A DNA stretch of 64,000 bases from NCBI GenBank assembly GCA_963740085.1, contig CAVUCU010000004.1, positions 256,001-320,000 of the forward strand, in the 5' to 3' direction. Every line of letters starts with the position of its first letter. Positions within the stretch are counted from its first letter, which is position 1. The translations under genes were made by a program, and so were the position numbers. Below the pieces are notes generated by a model. The model was not told the DNA's origin, made no database searches, and saw only the letters and a program-made list of their open reading frames with translations. Positions 30,437 to 41,519 of this stretch are shown piece by piece. The stretch is from Nitrospirota bacterium (GTDB lineage: Bacteria; Nitrospirota; UBA9217).

Positions 30437-31309
30437 ATGATCACAATGATCGACAAGCCATCGGGAAACCGTGGCACGAAGCATCGTCGGAAGGGTGGAA
30501 GCAACGCCTATCCGTCCGCCGCGGGAAACGCCGTACCTTCTCAGATATTGATCGTTGACGACGATACCGCTCTCCTCGAGAGATATATTGAGAGTCTTTC
30601 CGACGCCTATCGAGTCGTCACGGTCCAGACCGGCCGGGTTGCGATCGAGCGGGTGAAACGACGCAGCGACATCGATCTCGCAGTCATTGAATACCGGTTG
30701 TCCGACATGTCCGGCATCGATGTCATGAAAGAGATCAAGGACGTTGAGCCCTCCATTCTCGTTCTCATCGCCACGGCATACGGCGACGAGGAGGTTGCGG
30801 TCGAGGCATTCAGAGGCGGCGCCCGCGATTACCTCAAGAAGCCGTTCAGCATATCCGAGCTTTCCACGAAGATCGACTTTTATCTCGCCCTCAAGCATGC
30901 GGATAAACAGCGCAGAAAGAACGTCCTTCACGGGTCCGAGACTCCTGCCCAGCCGGGAATGCCGCATTCCGCCGTCACACTCAGCCAGTATCATAAGATC
31001 CAGCAGGCCGTTCGTTTTATCAACGATAACTACCGAACCGATATTTGCCTCGATGCCGTTGCCTGGGAGGCCAGAATGTCCCCCGCCCACTTTTCCAGGA
31101 TATTCAAGAAGGTGATGGGTTTGTCCTATCAGGATTATCTCAACAAGCGAAGAATCACGAAGGCCAAGAACCTTCTCCGCACCAGCGCAAAGAACGTAAC
31201 CGAAATCGCCGTCTCACTCGGTTTTGCCGACCCAACCGGCTTCGGCAGAATTTTCAAGAAGCTCACCAGCCAAACGCCTTCCGCTTTCAGAAGCCTGCCT
31301 CCAGAGTGA
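30437..31309 (+). CDS. Response regulator with AraC HTH (YesN-like); phosphoacceptor Asp replaced by Glu
   Basis: ILIVDDD..DLAVIEYRLSDMSG..ATAYG..YLKKPF; AraC tail EIAVSLGFADPTGFGRIFKK. Confidence 0.88.
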   Translation: MITMIDKPSGNRGTKHRRKGGSNAYPSAAGNAVPSQILIVDDDTALLERYIESLSDAYRVVTVQTGRVAIERVKRRSDIDLAVIEYRLSDMSGIDVMKEIKDVEPSILVLIATAYGDEEVAVEAFRGGARDYLKKPFSISELSTKIDFYLALKHADKQRRKNVLHGSETPAQPGMPHSAVTLSQYHKIQQAVRFINDNYRTDICLDAVAWEARMSPAHFSRIFKKVMGLSYQDYLNKRRITKAKNLLRTSAKNVTEIAVSLGFADPTGFGRIFKKLTSQTPSAFRSLPPE

Positions 31310-31439
31310 TTTTCTCAGAAAAAAGCATAAAAAGCTGAGTGCATGTCATAAAACGCCGAGACAGGAGCGATTGGTATCTGCTAAGGTTATCCCGTCGCTG
31401 AGTTCTGCCTGCGGATCAAAGTCCATGAGAAGGGAGGAA

Positions 31440-32084
31440 ATGCTCCGGATGTGTTCGAACCGGAAGACCCGGTTGTCCGACCTGTCCGGCATCGATGTCA
31501 TGAAAGAGATCAAAGACATTGAGCCCTCCATTCTCGTTCTCATCGCCGCGGCATACGGCGACGAGGAGGTTGCGGTCGAGGCATTCAGAGGCGGCGCCCG
31601 CGATTACCTCAAGAAGCCGTTCAGCATATCCGAGCTTTCCACGAAGATCGACTTTTATCTCGCCCTCAAGCATGCGGATAAACAGCGCAGAAAGAACATC
31701 CTGCCCGGGTCCGAGACTCCTGTCCAGCCGGGAATGCCGCATTCCACCGTCACACTCAGCCAGTATCATAAGATCCAGCAGGCTGTTCGTTTTATCAACG
31801 AAAACTACCGGACCGACATCTGCCTCGCCGCCGCCGCCCGGGAGGCTGGAATGTCCTCTGCCCACTTTTCCAGAATATTCAAGAAGGCGATGGGCTTGTC
31901 CTATCAGAATTATCTCAACAAGCAAAGAATCACGAAGGCCAAGAACCTTCTCCGCACCAGCGCCCAGAGCGTAACCGAAATCGCCGTCTCACTCGGTTTT
32001 GCCGACCCAACAGGCTTCGGAAGAATTTTCAGGAAGCTCACCGGTCATACGCCTTCCGCTTTCAGAAACCTGCCTCAAGAGTGA
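31440..32084 (+). CDS. Tandem duplicate AraC regulator lacking the N-terminal half of the receiver domain
   Basis: 31469-32140 repeats 30694-31365; GGAGG before ATG 31440. Confidence 0.7.
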   Translation: MLRMCSNRKTRLSDLSGIDVMKEIKDIEPSILVLIAAAYGDEEVAVEAFRGGARDYLKKPFSISELSTKIDFYLALKHADKQRRKNILPGSETPVQPGMPHSTVTLSQYHKIQQAVRFINENYRTDICLAAAAREAGMSSAHFSRIFKKAMGLSYQNYLNKQRITKAKNLLRTSAQSVTEIAVSLGFADPTGFGRIFRKLTGHTPSAFRNLPQE

Positions 32085-32245
32085 TTTTCGCCGAAAAAAG
32101 CATAAAAAGCCGAGTGCATGTCATAAAACGCCGAGACAGGTGCGGCCTGATTCTGTTACCGTTATGACATTGCGGAATATTCCGTTTATTCCGCTATGCC
32201 GGTTTTTCGATAGAGATGATGCCGTTATTCCCATAGCACGACGGA

Positions 32246-35200
32246 GTGGTTAATTCGTTGAAGATTAAATTGTTGTCAAATGTTACGAGGCATCTGGCCC
32301 AACTGGTCGCATCCCTTGCCGTCCTGTTTTTGGCGGCAAACGCGGCGCTGGCCGCCCCCTGTGACATTAAGAACAATGCTCCTCCGTTCATTGACCATGA
32401 CCTGACCGCGAATGTCGTCACCAGCGCCAGTTATTGCGAGCTTTGTGGTTACGGCTATGTCACGACCATCATTTCGAATCCGTATTCCGGGGCGACGATG
32501 TCCACTATGATTGTTACGGAGGACATGGGCGGTTCCGGGCTTACTTACGATCCCACTGCGCCGACGCCCATCAGGTATCGCGTAAACGGAGGTCCCGCAG
32601 TCGCAGGGGCGGCCCCAAGCATCAGCGGCGGCGGATCATTGTTGACCTGGACTGCGACCCAGATACCGGCCCTCGGCAGCCTTGCTTCGGCTCCCGGTCA
32701 GGGAAACAACGCACAGACCATTACCATTACGTTTGCCGTGAGGCGGGTTACCAATCCGGAGGGACTGGTGAGTGCTAATCGCACTATCCAGGCGGTTCTG
32801 ACATTTGGTACGGATTTTGGTTGCGCTGACTCGCCGCAGAGCGTGACGGACACCCTGCCATTGCGTGAGCCGTTACCAGCCGCGGCAAAAAGCGGATGGA
32901 ATTACGACGCGAATCAGCGTGAGGGGAACCACAGCAACCCGATATACGGCAATAACAACGATGATGTGGTCTGGCGTATCGACGTGAACAACACCGGGCT
33001 CGCGGGTCTTCAGGACCTGCGCTTCGACGACGTCATGCAGGCCAACAGCCTCGTCATCAATTACGCCTGCCCAACGGCCGCCAGCGCCAATGCCATCGCT
33101 TCGAACAACGGCGTTCTGCCGGGCGGCTCCCCCTGTGTCGCCGCAACCAACAACATCAACGACTTCATCGTTACGAATCCCTTCGGCGATATGGCCGTTT
33201 CCTTTGACGGCTACGAAGTAGATGTCGTTGCCGGCGGCATTGCCTCCCTCTACCTCGTTGGCAAGATAACGGCTGACGGTTCCTGCATAACCAGTAAGTC
33301 CAACACGGCGAGCGATATTCAGTGGGGTTGTGGAGCGCAGCCGCCCGCCGGGGGCATTACGGTAACGTCTTCCGGCATAAGACCAACGAATGCGATAGCG
33401 AACTTGTACACGCTCTATGGTCAACGATCTTCTCTGACGGTGCAGCGTGCGATCACCGGCATCAACACCGTGCAGCCAGTAGGCAGCAAAGGAATGGTGA
33501 CTATTACTGTCACCAACAACTCGGGAGGCACGGTCAAGAATATAATTTTGACGGACCTTCTTCCGCCTGAGTACGTCATTGACCCCACGTACTGGACAGG
33601 CGGGTTTGTCAAAAACTTACAGGTGCGATCCGCTCTCTTTGGCGTCAACACGATCCAGCCTGACTACGGCAGCTATCCTGGAATGGTTGACCGGATCACC
33701 TGGTCCAATCCGGCGCCGGGCACCCTGACGTCCACCGACCCCGCTGTTCCGCTTTCAAATACTCAGCCAATATTCACGTTAACCAGCACGACGGCCCATC
33801 CCCTGTATCCCGATCAGGTCAACATGCTGCGTGAAGGCGACGTCCTGACGGTGACCTTTCCCATTGTTCTCATTAAATCGTCCTTCTACGACAGAGTCGC
33901 GAATCTGGATGTCCGCACCGAGGCCCCGAATAGCGATCCGCCCGGAACCGATCCGGCCAATCAGGCAACGTTGACGAACAGGCTGACCGTTGAGTTTGAC
34001 ACCTTCTGCGGCACGCAAGGTCATCAGACCCTTGCCTTCACCGACAACAGGCCGGCCTTCCCGGAGGACCTGGATGTCGACATCGTAGGCACAGAGCTCA
34101 TCTTCATTCTCACCAATGATCCGAGCCAGTCGCTACCGCTCACGGTCGCTGTCACAAACAACGGCGGCCACGACGCAAGCAACGGCAACGACAGGAGCCA
34201 GTACCATACCTATGTTTCATTCGGGCAGGGTATGGTCGTATCGGTAGCGCCGGCTGCATGCACAAGAACCACAAACCCACCGCCGCTTCCTGTCTGGACG
34301 CTTCCGGTGTCCATACCGGCCACCGCAACGATTTATGACTGCACCGGGGGGCGGATAGCCCCCGGCGCGACCGTCAATTACGCCTTTCAGGTCATCAAGA
34401 ATGCCGATCCCAATGCGGCCGACGACCTGACGTTCCGTGCGGACACGGTCGGGGAGATCAGGTTATGGGACGGGACGCCTCTTTGGTTCCCGACGCCGAC
34501 CCCACGGCCGGACGGTCTCACTGATCGCGCGAACAACTACACGCTTGACGGCATACGTGCGCGCGTCATTGGCTTTAATCTCCTTAAGTCCGAGTACGGC
34601 AACTGCACGGAGAATCTGCCACCGCCCTCGCTTCCCGACCGCCTTGTACAGATCGGCGAGGACTGCACGTTCCATATCGATACGGGCGGCTGGTTCGGTT
34701 TTAAAACTCCGGGATTTACCTATATTGCGGTCCAGAAGATTCAGGTCGTGGACCAAACGCCCGCAGGACAGGGATACATATCATCTACAGATCCGTTCGC
34801 TAATATCGCTCCTTTTGGCAGCACGACCAGCGCTGTTAAAAGCATCAGTCTGAACAAGGGGAATAGCCTTGTACCGCCCGCGCCGCAACCTCTGGATGAG
34901 GGGTGGTTCAACTGGACATTTAACCAGACCGTTCCCGCGGAGCGCATCACCGTCAAGGACGAATGGTTCCGCGTTAATTACGTTGACCGCATCATGAATA
35001 ACCCTGTCGATGTCGTCGCGGTTCCTAACCTGCATGCAGCGCAAAGCACTAACATTCTTAATTCATATTTCCAGGCCGTGTTCTTCAATACTATTACGAA
35101 TATGGAGGAATTGTATGACCTGGGGCCCAACACCGTGGGCTACCCGCACGAAGCGGTTCGGCGCGTTGATCTGACTATTCAGGAACCCAAGCTCACGGTT

Positions 35201-38200
35201 CTCAAGGAGGTCTGTAACGAGGCGCTGTACGGCGCGGGCCCGGCGTGCAGCCACTTCGTGACGCTGGCCGATGACGGTGACGCCTACAGCTCCTATATCT
35301 ACCGCATCACGCTCACCAACGAAGCAAGCAGCAACGGTGTCCCCCGCGCGCCGGCCTACGATGTCGTCGTTACCGATACTCTCGATCTGAGCGACCTGGC
35401 TTACGTCCTCCCGTTTGGCAGCGACAGCCTGGACAATGACGGCGACGCGCTCATCGACGGTGCCGACACGGACGGCGAGGGCACGATCTCCGACAACGTA
35501 GTCAAGAACGGCGTGCCGGCAACCGTCCAGTTCTCGTATACCCATAGCAATGCCTTAAAGCGGATCGACGCGGGGAAGTCTGTTCCCCTCTATTACCGCG
35601 TAGACTTCGATGACAGCGCCGCACCGCTCCAGCAGTTCGTCAATAAAGCCAAGGCGACGTACGACAGCCTTGAGGGACAGTCCGGCAATCAGAATGCTCC
35701 GCAGCGACCGAATAGCGACAAGGGGGGCGCTCGCGTATATCAAAGCGCCGAAGCTCAGGCGACGGTCAAGATCATACCGGTCCTGACCCAGCCGAAAAAG
35801 ATCGTAGCCGTGTCCAATACCCCGCTGAGTGGATCAAGTCCTCAAGCAGTGTCGGTGGGCGAGGAAGTCAGATATGAACTTACTACGTCAATACCGGTAG
35901 CGCGACTGAGAAGCTTTGTAATCCGCGACGTGCTTCCCATCGGCATTCGGTGCACCGAAGCCCCGGTGGTGAACTTGAACGTAGCGCCCTATTCCGATGC
36001 GGGCTTCGTTCCGGGCGGAATTATCACGCCCACCTGTACAGATAATCTCGTTACCTGGAACTTCGGCGATCAGCAGGTCACCAGGGGGACGACCAACAAC
36101 CGCTACGACCTTAAGGTTAATTTCATCGCACGCGTAGAAAACACGGCCAACACCAATAACGGCGGCATGATCAGAAATGGCGGACTATCGACCAACGTCT
36201 TCGCCGACTACATTGACCAGACTGGACAGCATGTCGTCCTTACATACGGAGAAGCCGCTTTAGTCGTTCAGGAACCGAGGATCACCCTCACCAAGGCATT
36301 CTCGGTCGCAAACGGCGATGCAGGAGACATCGTAACCGTGACTGTCACGGCCACCAACTCGGGCACGGCGGCCGCGTACAACCTGCGGGTGCTGGATGAC
36401 CTTTCGGCCGTTAAGGACCTGACCTACGTGGCGGGCAGCACCGGAGGCACTGATTCGCCCGACATCGTTGATACGACCACGTTCGGAGCCAATCGCCCGG
36501 TCTTCCGCTGGAACCAGTCAAATCCCAAATACGCCATCGCTGCGGGAGCGACCCGAAGCTTCACCTTCAAGGTTAAGGTCGATACAGCGGTACAGCCCCT
36601 TGAGATCCTGAACAACACCATCCAGGCGAGTTGGCAATCTTTGCCGAGCCAGGCTACGGCATTGAACAGCACCGGGAGCATAGGCGCGGATGGCAGCGAC
36701 ATGGGCATGCGCAATGGCGCCTTGCCCAACGGCGGCAACTCCATCAACGATTACGAAACGAGCGCCGGCGCCTCATTCACGGTTTCTGCCGTCCAGATAA
36801 CGAAGACGGACTTGTCGCCGTCCGTCGTTCCCGCCATCGGCGCACAGAAACAGTTCCAGATCGAGTTCCGGCTGCCGGAAGGCACGACCAGGAACCTGGC
36901 AATCACCGACAACCTGGCCGCGACGGGTCTGAGTTACATGCTCGCGAACAATGCCAACTACGACATCACCTACGAGTTCGTGGGTATCGCGAGTATCAAT
37001 GGCCAGGCACCGGGCGAAGCGGCCTTTACATCGTTCCCGGCCGACGACACGTCCGGGAGCGCGATATGGAACATCGGAACGGTGGTCACCGCCACCGAGG
37101 ACGACGTCGTATCCAACACAGTTAACCCGGTCATCCGCATCAAATATTACGCGCGCGCCAATAACGATCTCCAGACCCAGGCAGGCAGTACGCTGCAGAA
37201 CTCCGTCACCGTCACCTATACGAACGGCGCGACTGGTGCGACGCAGACGCTGACCGCCTCCACGTCGCCCGTTACCGTGGTGGAACCGAAACTGACGCTC
37301 ACCAAGACCGCGGCCAATGTGGCGCCGGGCAAGCAACCGGGCGATGTGGCCGTGGGGGGAGACATCCTCGAATATCGCGTTACCGCGACCAACACCGGAA
37401 ACACTACGGCCTATGATGTCAACGTGAAGGACACGCTGCCCCCCGGGCTCGCGTGGTATTCGGGCTTTGCGCCGACGGCGACGATCAATGGTGTTCCCGT
37501 CGTCGCGTTTGTCCAAACACCCGTCGGTCAGCCGAATGGTCCGCTCATCTGGGGGCAGGGCAATGGCGACGGGAGCATCGACATCCCGGCCGGCCAGACC
37601 CTGATACTCACGTATCGTGCCACCGTCGTTATTGCCAATAGCCAGATCCAAAACGGTGTTCTGGCCGACTGGACCTCGCTCGATGGACAAAGCTCATATG
37701 AAAGAACCGGTGTTGGCTGCCCGAATGTTACGCCGCCCAATATCTACTGCGTGGGGCCTGTGACCGCAACCACACTTGGTGTGCAGCCGGTACTGGTATT
37801 CCAGAAGACCTTTATGAACGTAACGCCGGGCAAGCAACCGGGCGCGAACGTGACACCGGGAGATACGCTCAGATACAGCATCCTGGTCAGGAACATCAGC
37901 ACAGCCTCAGTCAATAATTTCTCCATCACTGACGAACTGGACAGGCTTAATGCCCTCCCGATGTTCGTACCCGGCACGCTTGCGCTCGTTACTGCGCCCG
38001 TGGGTGCCTCTACCTCGAACAGCAACCTGACCGGCGGCACCAAGGGGACAGGGCTCGTGGACATTCGTAACCTCAATGTTACGGCCGCAGGCGGGGGTTC
38101 TGACACGATAACAATCGAGTTCGATGCGAGACTTATACCCGTGATCACGAACGGTACAGTTATTTTGGATCAGGCGCAACTAACGGTATCCGGCCTCTAT

Positions 38201-41200
38201 TTCGGCAACAGCGATGATCCCAACGTAAACGGCGCCGACAATCCCGCAATACAGGGCGACGAAGACCCGACACGTACCGTGGTCTTTTCCACACCCGCCT
38301 TCCGGTTCCAGAAGACGGTGCAGGATATTACATCCGGCACTTCCACGGTCATGCCTGGTGATACTCTTCGTTACACCATCACCGTGAAAAACAGCGGCAC
38401 CGAGAACGCATCGGGCGTCTCTTTACGCGACCAGATTCCGGCGAATACGGCATATGTTGCCAATTCCACGAAGATTAATGGAACGGCTGTTCCTGATCCC
38501 GCGACCGGTGTTTCGCCGCTTCAAAACGGCATGCTGGTGCATGCACCCGAAGATGCTACGCCTGGCTCTATGCGGGCAGACAGTACCGCCACCACGACCA
38601 ATGTTGGAACGGTCACGTTTGATGCCGTCGTCAGCCCTGGTCTTTTTAATGGCGCGTCCATTTGTAACCAGGGATTTGTTACCGGTTCCGGTTTGGGCAG
38701 CGGCCCCTTCTCTGAACAGCCGTCTGATAACCCGGCAACACAAGTGATAAATGATCCTACCTGCAAGGTGGTCGGCAACATGCCGCTCCTCTACGCAGAA
38801 AAGACGGTTGCGATCGCCGTGGACAATGGAACGCCAGGGGTCGTTGATCCAGGTGATGTGCTTCGCTACACCATAACAATCAGCAACTCCGGCGCAATTC
38901 CGGCAACGAACGCCGTTCTGGCGGACATTGTGCCGCTGAATACGACGTACGTCGCCAACTCAGTTAAGATAAACGGTATTGCGGTGCCCGATAATGGCGG
39001 CTCTCCGCTCGCCGCAGGGCTTCCTGTCAGTTCCTCGGACCTGACGCCACCTCTTCCCGGCATCGGTGCCGGGACTTTGTCAGCCGGAGCTACAGCGACT
39101 GTCATCTTTGACGTCCAGGTCAACGCAGGCGTACCCTCGGGCACTATTATCAGTAACCAGGGCAGTGTGACGAGCTCGCAACTTCCGACGCTTTTAACCG
39201 ACTCGGATGGAAATCCATCAAACGGTTATCAGCCGACAGTTGTCGTGGTTGGTAACGGGCAACAACTCATAATTACCAAGCAGGTTTCCGTCGTTGGCGG
39301 CGGGACCGCCGATGTCGGCTCCGAGCTTGAGTATGTGGTGCAAGTGACCAATATCGGCGCGGTTCCCGCGACCAACGTGTTGGTCACCGACGCTCTCCCT
39401 GGCCAGCTCTCATACGTTCCAGGATCGGCAGCACTTAATAGTTCAAGTGCCGGGATCACTGTTGCGGCTTTGGTCATCACGGCGGACTACTCGTCGGTAT
39501 ACGGGGGCCTGCTCTCGAACGGGACGTCGGTCCTCAGATTCCATGCAAAGATCGTGTCGGGAGCGCCCGGTACAACGCTGACCAATACCGCACAGGTTAC
39601 ATGGAATACTCCGAGCCAGAGCGCCTCGGCCAGCGCATCTGTGGACATCGGTGGAACTCCCGGAAGCGCCTCTCTGGCCGGCCATCTCTGGCATGACGCG
39701 AACTTCAACAAAATATCAGACAGCGATGAAAAGGTACTGAGCGGATGGACAGTTCAGGTCTATCGGAACAGCCAGCTCTTAGGATACGTGCCGACCGACG
39801 TGAGCGGCGCATACAGGTTAAGCGGCCTCGCACCCACGACAACGGCTGCCGACCAGTACGAAGTCCGCTTTCGCGCGCCCGGCGCCACGACAAGCACGGC
39901 GCTCCTTGGCCGCGCCGACTCGCCATTCACGAACGGCATGCAGCGGATCTCCGGCATCACGGCCCTCTCGGGCAGTAATCTCCAGAACCTGAATCTTCCG
40001 ATCGACCCGAACGGCGTGGTTTACAACTCGGTCCTTCGCATGCCGATCGATGGCACTACCGTAACCATGCTGCGGGCATCGACGAAGAATGCGCTCCCTG
40101 CGGTCTGTTTCGATGACCCGGCTCAGCAAAACCAGATGACGATGGCTTCGGGCTACTATAAGTTCGACCTTAATTTCAGCGATCCGTCCTGCCCGTCGGG
40201 GGCCGACTACCTGATTCAAGTTACTCCTCCGGCGAACGGATACGGCTCCATGCCGTCCAGGATCATTCCGCCTACGACAAGCGACGCAACTGCGGCATTC
40301 TCAGTGCCGGGATGCCCCGGGACGGTTGATGATGCTATTCCGACGACCTTGTCTTACTGCGAAGCGCAGCCTTCCGAGTTTGCCCCGGCAGCAAGCATAG
40401 CCGCTGGATCTGCCGGAACGAAATACTACCTGCACTTTACGCTCAGTAACGACGGAGTTGGCAGCGTTGAACTTTTTGATAACCATATTCCGGTAGACCC
40501 GCCATTAAACACCGCGGTCTCTATCACGAAGACGGCATCGCTTACCAATGTGACCAGGGGTCAGATGGTGCCGTATACGATCACGATCAAAAACACGTTG
40601 GGTGCGCCGTTCCCGAACGTGACCATCGTCGACACCTTCCCGCCCGGCTTCAAGTATGTCTCCGGCTCCGCGCGTTACGACGGCAAGCCGCTCGAACCGG
40701 CGAAGACGACACGCGACCTCCGTTGGGAGAACCTTCTGCTCGCAAGCGCTGACCAGCATGTGATCAAGCTTTTGCTTCTCCCGGGCGCAGGTGTTCATGA
40801 AGGGAACTATGTGAACAGCGCACAGGCACTAAACGGCCCTACGGGCGAAGCAATATCCACCGTGGCTATGGCGACAGTCAGAATCGTCCCCGATCCCACT
40901 ATGGACTGCACGGACATCATCGGCAAGGTCTTTGATGACGCTAACGCCAATGGCAGCCCCGACCAGGGAGAAAAGGGCCTGGGCGGGGTGCGAATCGTCT
41001 CCGCGCGCGGTCTTATTGCGACGACGGACAAGTATGGCCGATTCCATATTACCTGCGCCGCCATACCCAACGAGGACAGGGGCGGCAACTTCATCTTAAA
41101 GCTCGATGACCGCACGCTTCCTACCGGGTACCGCGTCACCACCGAGAACCCGCTTGTGCGACGTGTGACCCGCGGCAAAGCGATTAAATTCAACTTCGGC

Positions 41201-41518
41201 GCGGCTCTCCACAAGGTCGTGCGTCTTGACATCGCTGACGGTGCGTTTGAACCGGAAACATCCGAGATCAGGGAGCAGTGGAAGCCGCGGATCGAGATGC
41301 TGCTCGCCGAACTTCAGAAAGCTCCCGCCATTCTCCGTATCTCGTACCTCGCAGATGTGGAGGACCCGCAGGTTGTGAAGGCGCGCATGGAGGCTGTCAA
41401 GCGCGAGATCGCAGGCAGGTGGGATCGGGAAAACTACCAATTAATGATCGAGACAGAGGTCTTCTGGCGGCGGGGCGGGCCTCCCGACACAAGGACATCA
41501 GTTGGCGCCGGACAATAA
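32246..41518 (+). CDS. Giant (3090 aa) secreted surface protein with multiple DUF11/isopeptide pilin-like repeats, SdrD-B-like domains and a degenerate OmpA-like C-terminus
   Basis: Signal peptide; repeated K...PGD.LRY.I...N.G...A..V...D..P motifs; GHLWHDANFN and GKVFDDANANG..DQGEKGL. Confidence 0.85.
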   Translation: MVNSLKIKLLSNVTRHLAQLVASLAVLFLAANAALAAPCDIKNNAPPFIDHDLTANVVTSASYCELCGYGYVTTIISNPYSGATMSTMIVTEDMGGSGLTYDPTAPTPIRYRVNGGPAVAGAAPSISGGGSLLTWTATQIPALGSLASAPGQGNNAQTITITFAVRRVTNPEGLVSANRTIQAVLTFGTDFGCADSPQSVTDTLPLREPLPAAAKSGWNYDANQREGNHSNPIYGNNNDDVVWRIDVNNTGLAGLQDLRFDDVMQANSLVINYACPTAASANAIASNNGVLPGGSPCVAATNNINDFIVTNPFGDMAVSFDGYEVDVVAGGIASLYLVGKITADGSCITSKSNTASDIQWGCGAQPPAGGITVTSSGIRPTNAIANLYTLYGQRSSLTVQRAITGINTVQPVGSKGMVTITVTNNSGGTVKNIILTDLLPPEYVIDPTYWTGGFVKNLQVRSALFGVNTIQPDYGSYPGMVDRITWSNPAPGTLTSTDPAVPLSNTQPIFTLTSTTAHPLYPDQVNMLREGDVLTVTFPIVLIKSSFYDRVANLDVRTEAPNSDPPGTDPANQATLTNRLTVEFDTFCGTQGHQTLAFTDNRPAFPEDLDVDIVGTELIFILTNDPSQSLPLTVAVTNNGGHDASNGNDRSQYHTYVSFGQGMVVSVAPAACTRTTNPPPLPVWTLPVSIPATATIYDCTGGRIAPGATVNYAFQVIKNADPNAADDLTFRADTVGEIRLWDGTPLWFPTPTPRPDGLTDRANNYTLDGIRARVIGFNLLKSEYGNCTENLPPPSLPDRLVQIGEDCTFHIDTGGWFGFKTPGFTYIAVQKIQVVDQTPAGQGYISSTDPFANIAPFGSTTSAVKSISLNKGNSLVPPAPQPLDEGWFNWTFNQTVPAERITVKDEWFRVNYVDRIMNNPVDVVAVPNLHAAQSTNILNSYFQAVFFNTITNMEELYDLGPNTVGYPHEAVRRVDLTIQEPKLTVLKEVCNEALYGAGPACSHFVTLADDGDAYSSYIYRITLTNEASSNGVPRAPAYDVVVTDTLDLSDLAYVLPFGSDSLDNDGDALIDGADTDGEGTISDNVVKNGVPATVQFSYTHSNALKRIDAGKSVPLYYRVDFDDSAAPLQQFVNKAKATYDSLEGQSGNQNAPQRPNSDKGGARVYQSAEAQATVKIIPVLTQPKKIVAVSNTPLSGSSPQAVSVGEEVRYELTTSIPVARLRSFVIRDVLPIGIRCTEAPVVNLNVAPYSDAGFVPGGIITPTCTDNLVTWNFGDQQVTRGTTNNRYDLKVNFIARVENTANTNNGGMIRNGGLSTNVFADYIDQTGQHVVLTYGEAALVVQEPRITLTKAFSVANGDAGDIVTVTVTATNSGTAAAYNLRVLDDLSAVKDLTYVAGSTGGTDSPDIVDTTTFGANRPVFRWNQSNPKYAIAAGATRSFTFKVKVDTAVQPLEILNNTIQASWQSLPSQATALNSTGSIGADGSDMGMRNGALPNGGNSINDYETSAGASFTVSAVQITKTDLSPSVVPAIGAQKQFQIEFRLPEGTTRNLAITDNLAATGLSYMLANNANYDITYEFVGIASINGQAPGEAAFTSFPADDTSGSAIWNIGTVVTATEDDVVSNTVNPVIRIKYYARANNDLQTQAGSTLQNSVTVTYTNGATGATQTLTASTSPVTVVEPKLTLTKTAANVAPGKQPGDVAVGGDILEYRVTATNTGNTTAYDVNVKDTLPPGLAWYSGFAPTATINGVPVVAFVQTPVGQPNGPLIWGQGNGDGSIDIPAGQTLILTYRATVVIANSQIQNGVLADWTSLDGQSSYERTGVGCPNVTPPNIYCVGPVTATTLGVQPVLVFQKTFMNVTPGKQPGANVTPGDTLRYSILVRNISTASVNNFSITDELDRLNALPMFVPGTLALVTAPVGASTSNSNLTGGTKGTGLVDIRNLNVTAAGGGSDTITIEFDARLIPVITNGTVILDQAQLTVSGLYFGNSDDPNVNGADNPAIQGDEDPTRTVVFSTPAFRFQKTVQDITSGTSTVMPGDTLRYTITVKNSGTENASGVSLRDQIPANTAYVANSTKINGTAVPDPATGVSPLQNGMLVHAPEDATPGSMRADSTATTTNVGTVTFDAVVSPGLFNGASICNQGFVTGSGLGSGPFSEQPSDNPATQVINDPTCKVVGNMPLLYAEKTVAIAVDNGTPGVVDPGDVLRYTITISNSGAIPATNAVLADIVPLNTTYVANSVKINGIAVPDNGGSPLAAGLPVSSSDLTPPLPGIGAGTLSAGATATVIFDVQVNAGVPSGTIISNQGSVTSSQLPTLLTDSDGNPSNGYQPTVVVVGNGQQLIITKQVSVVGGGTADVGSELEYVVQVTNIGAVPATNVLVTDALPGQLSYVPGSAALNSSSAGITVAALVITADYSSVYGGLLSNGTSVLRFHAKIVSGAPGTTLTNTAQVTWNTPSQSASASASVDIGGTPGSASLAGHLWHDANFNKISDSDEKVLSGWTVQVYRNSQLLGYVPTDVSGAYRLSGLAPTTTAADQYEVRFRAPGATTSTALLGRADSPFTNGMQRISGITALSGSNLQNLNLPIDPNGVVYNSVLRMPIDGTTVTMLRASTKNALPAVCFDDPAQQNQMTMASGYYKFDLNFSDPSCPSGADYLIQVTPPANGYGSMPSRIIPPTTSDATAAFSVPGCPGTVDDAIPTTLSYCEAQPSEFAPAASIAAGSAGTKYYLHFTLSNDGVGSVELFDNHIPVDPPLNTAVSITKTASLTNVTRGQMVPYTITIKNTLGAPFPNVTIVDTFPPGFKYVSGSARYDGKPLEPAKTTRDLRWENLLLASADQHVIKLLLLPGAGVHEGNYVNSAQALNGPTGEAISTVAMATVRIVPDPTMDCTDIIGKVFDDANANGSPDQGEKGLGGVRIVSARGLIATTDKYGRFHITCAAIPNEDRGGNFILKLDDRTLPTGYRVTTENPLVRRVTRGKAIKFNFGAALHKVVRLDIADGAFEPETSEIREQWKPRIEMLLAELQKAPAILRISYLADVEDPQVVKARMEAVKREIAGRWDRENYQLMIETEVFWRRGGPPDTRTSVGAGQ

Positions 41519-41519
41519 C

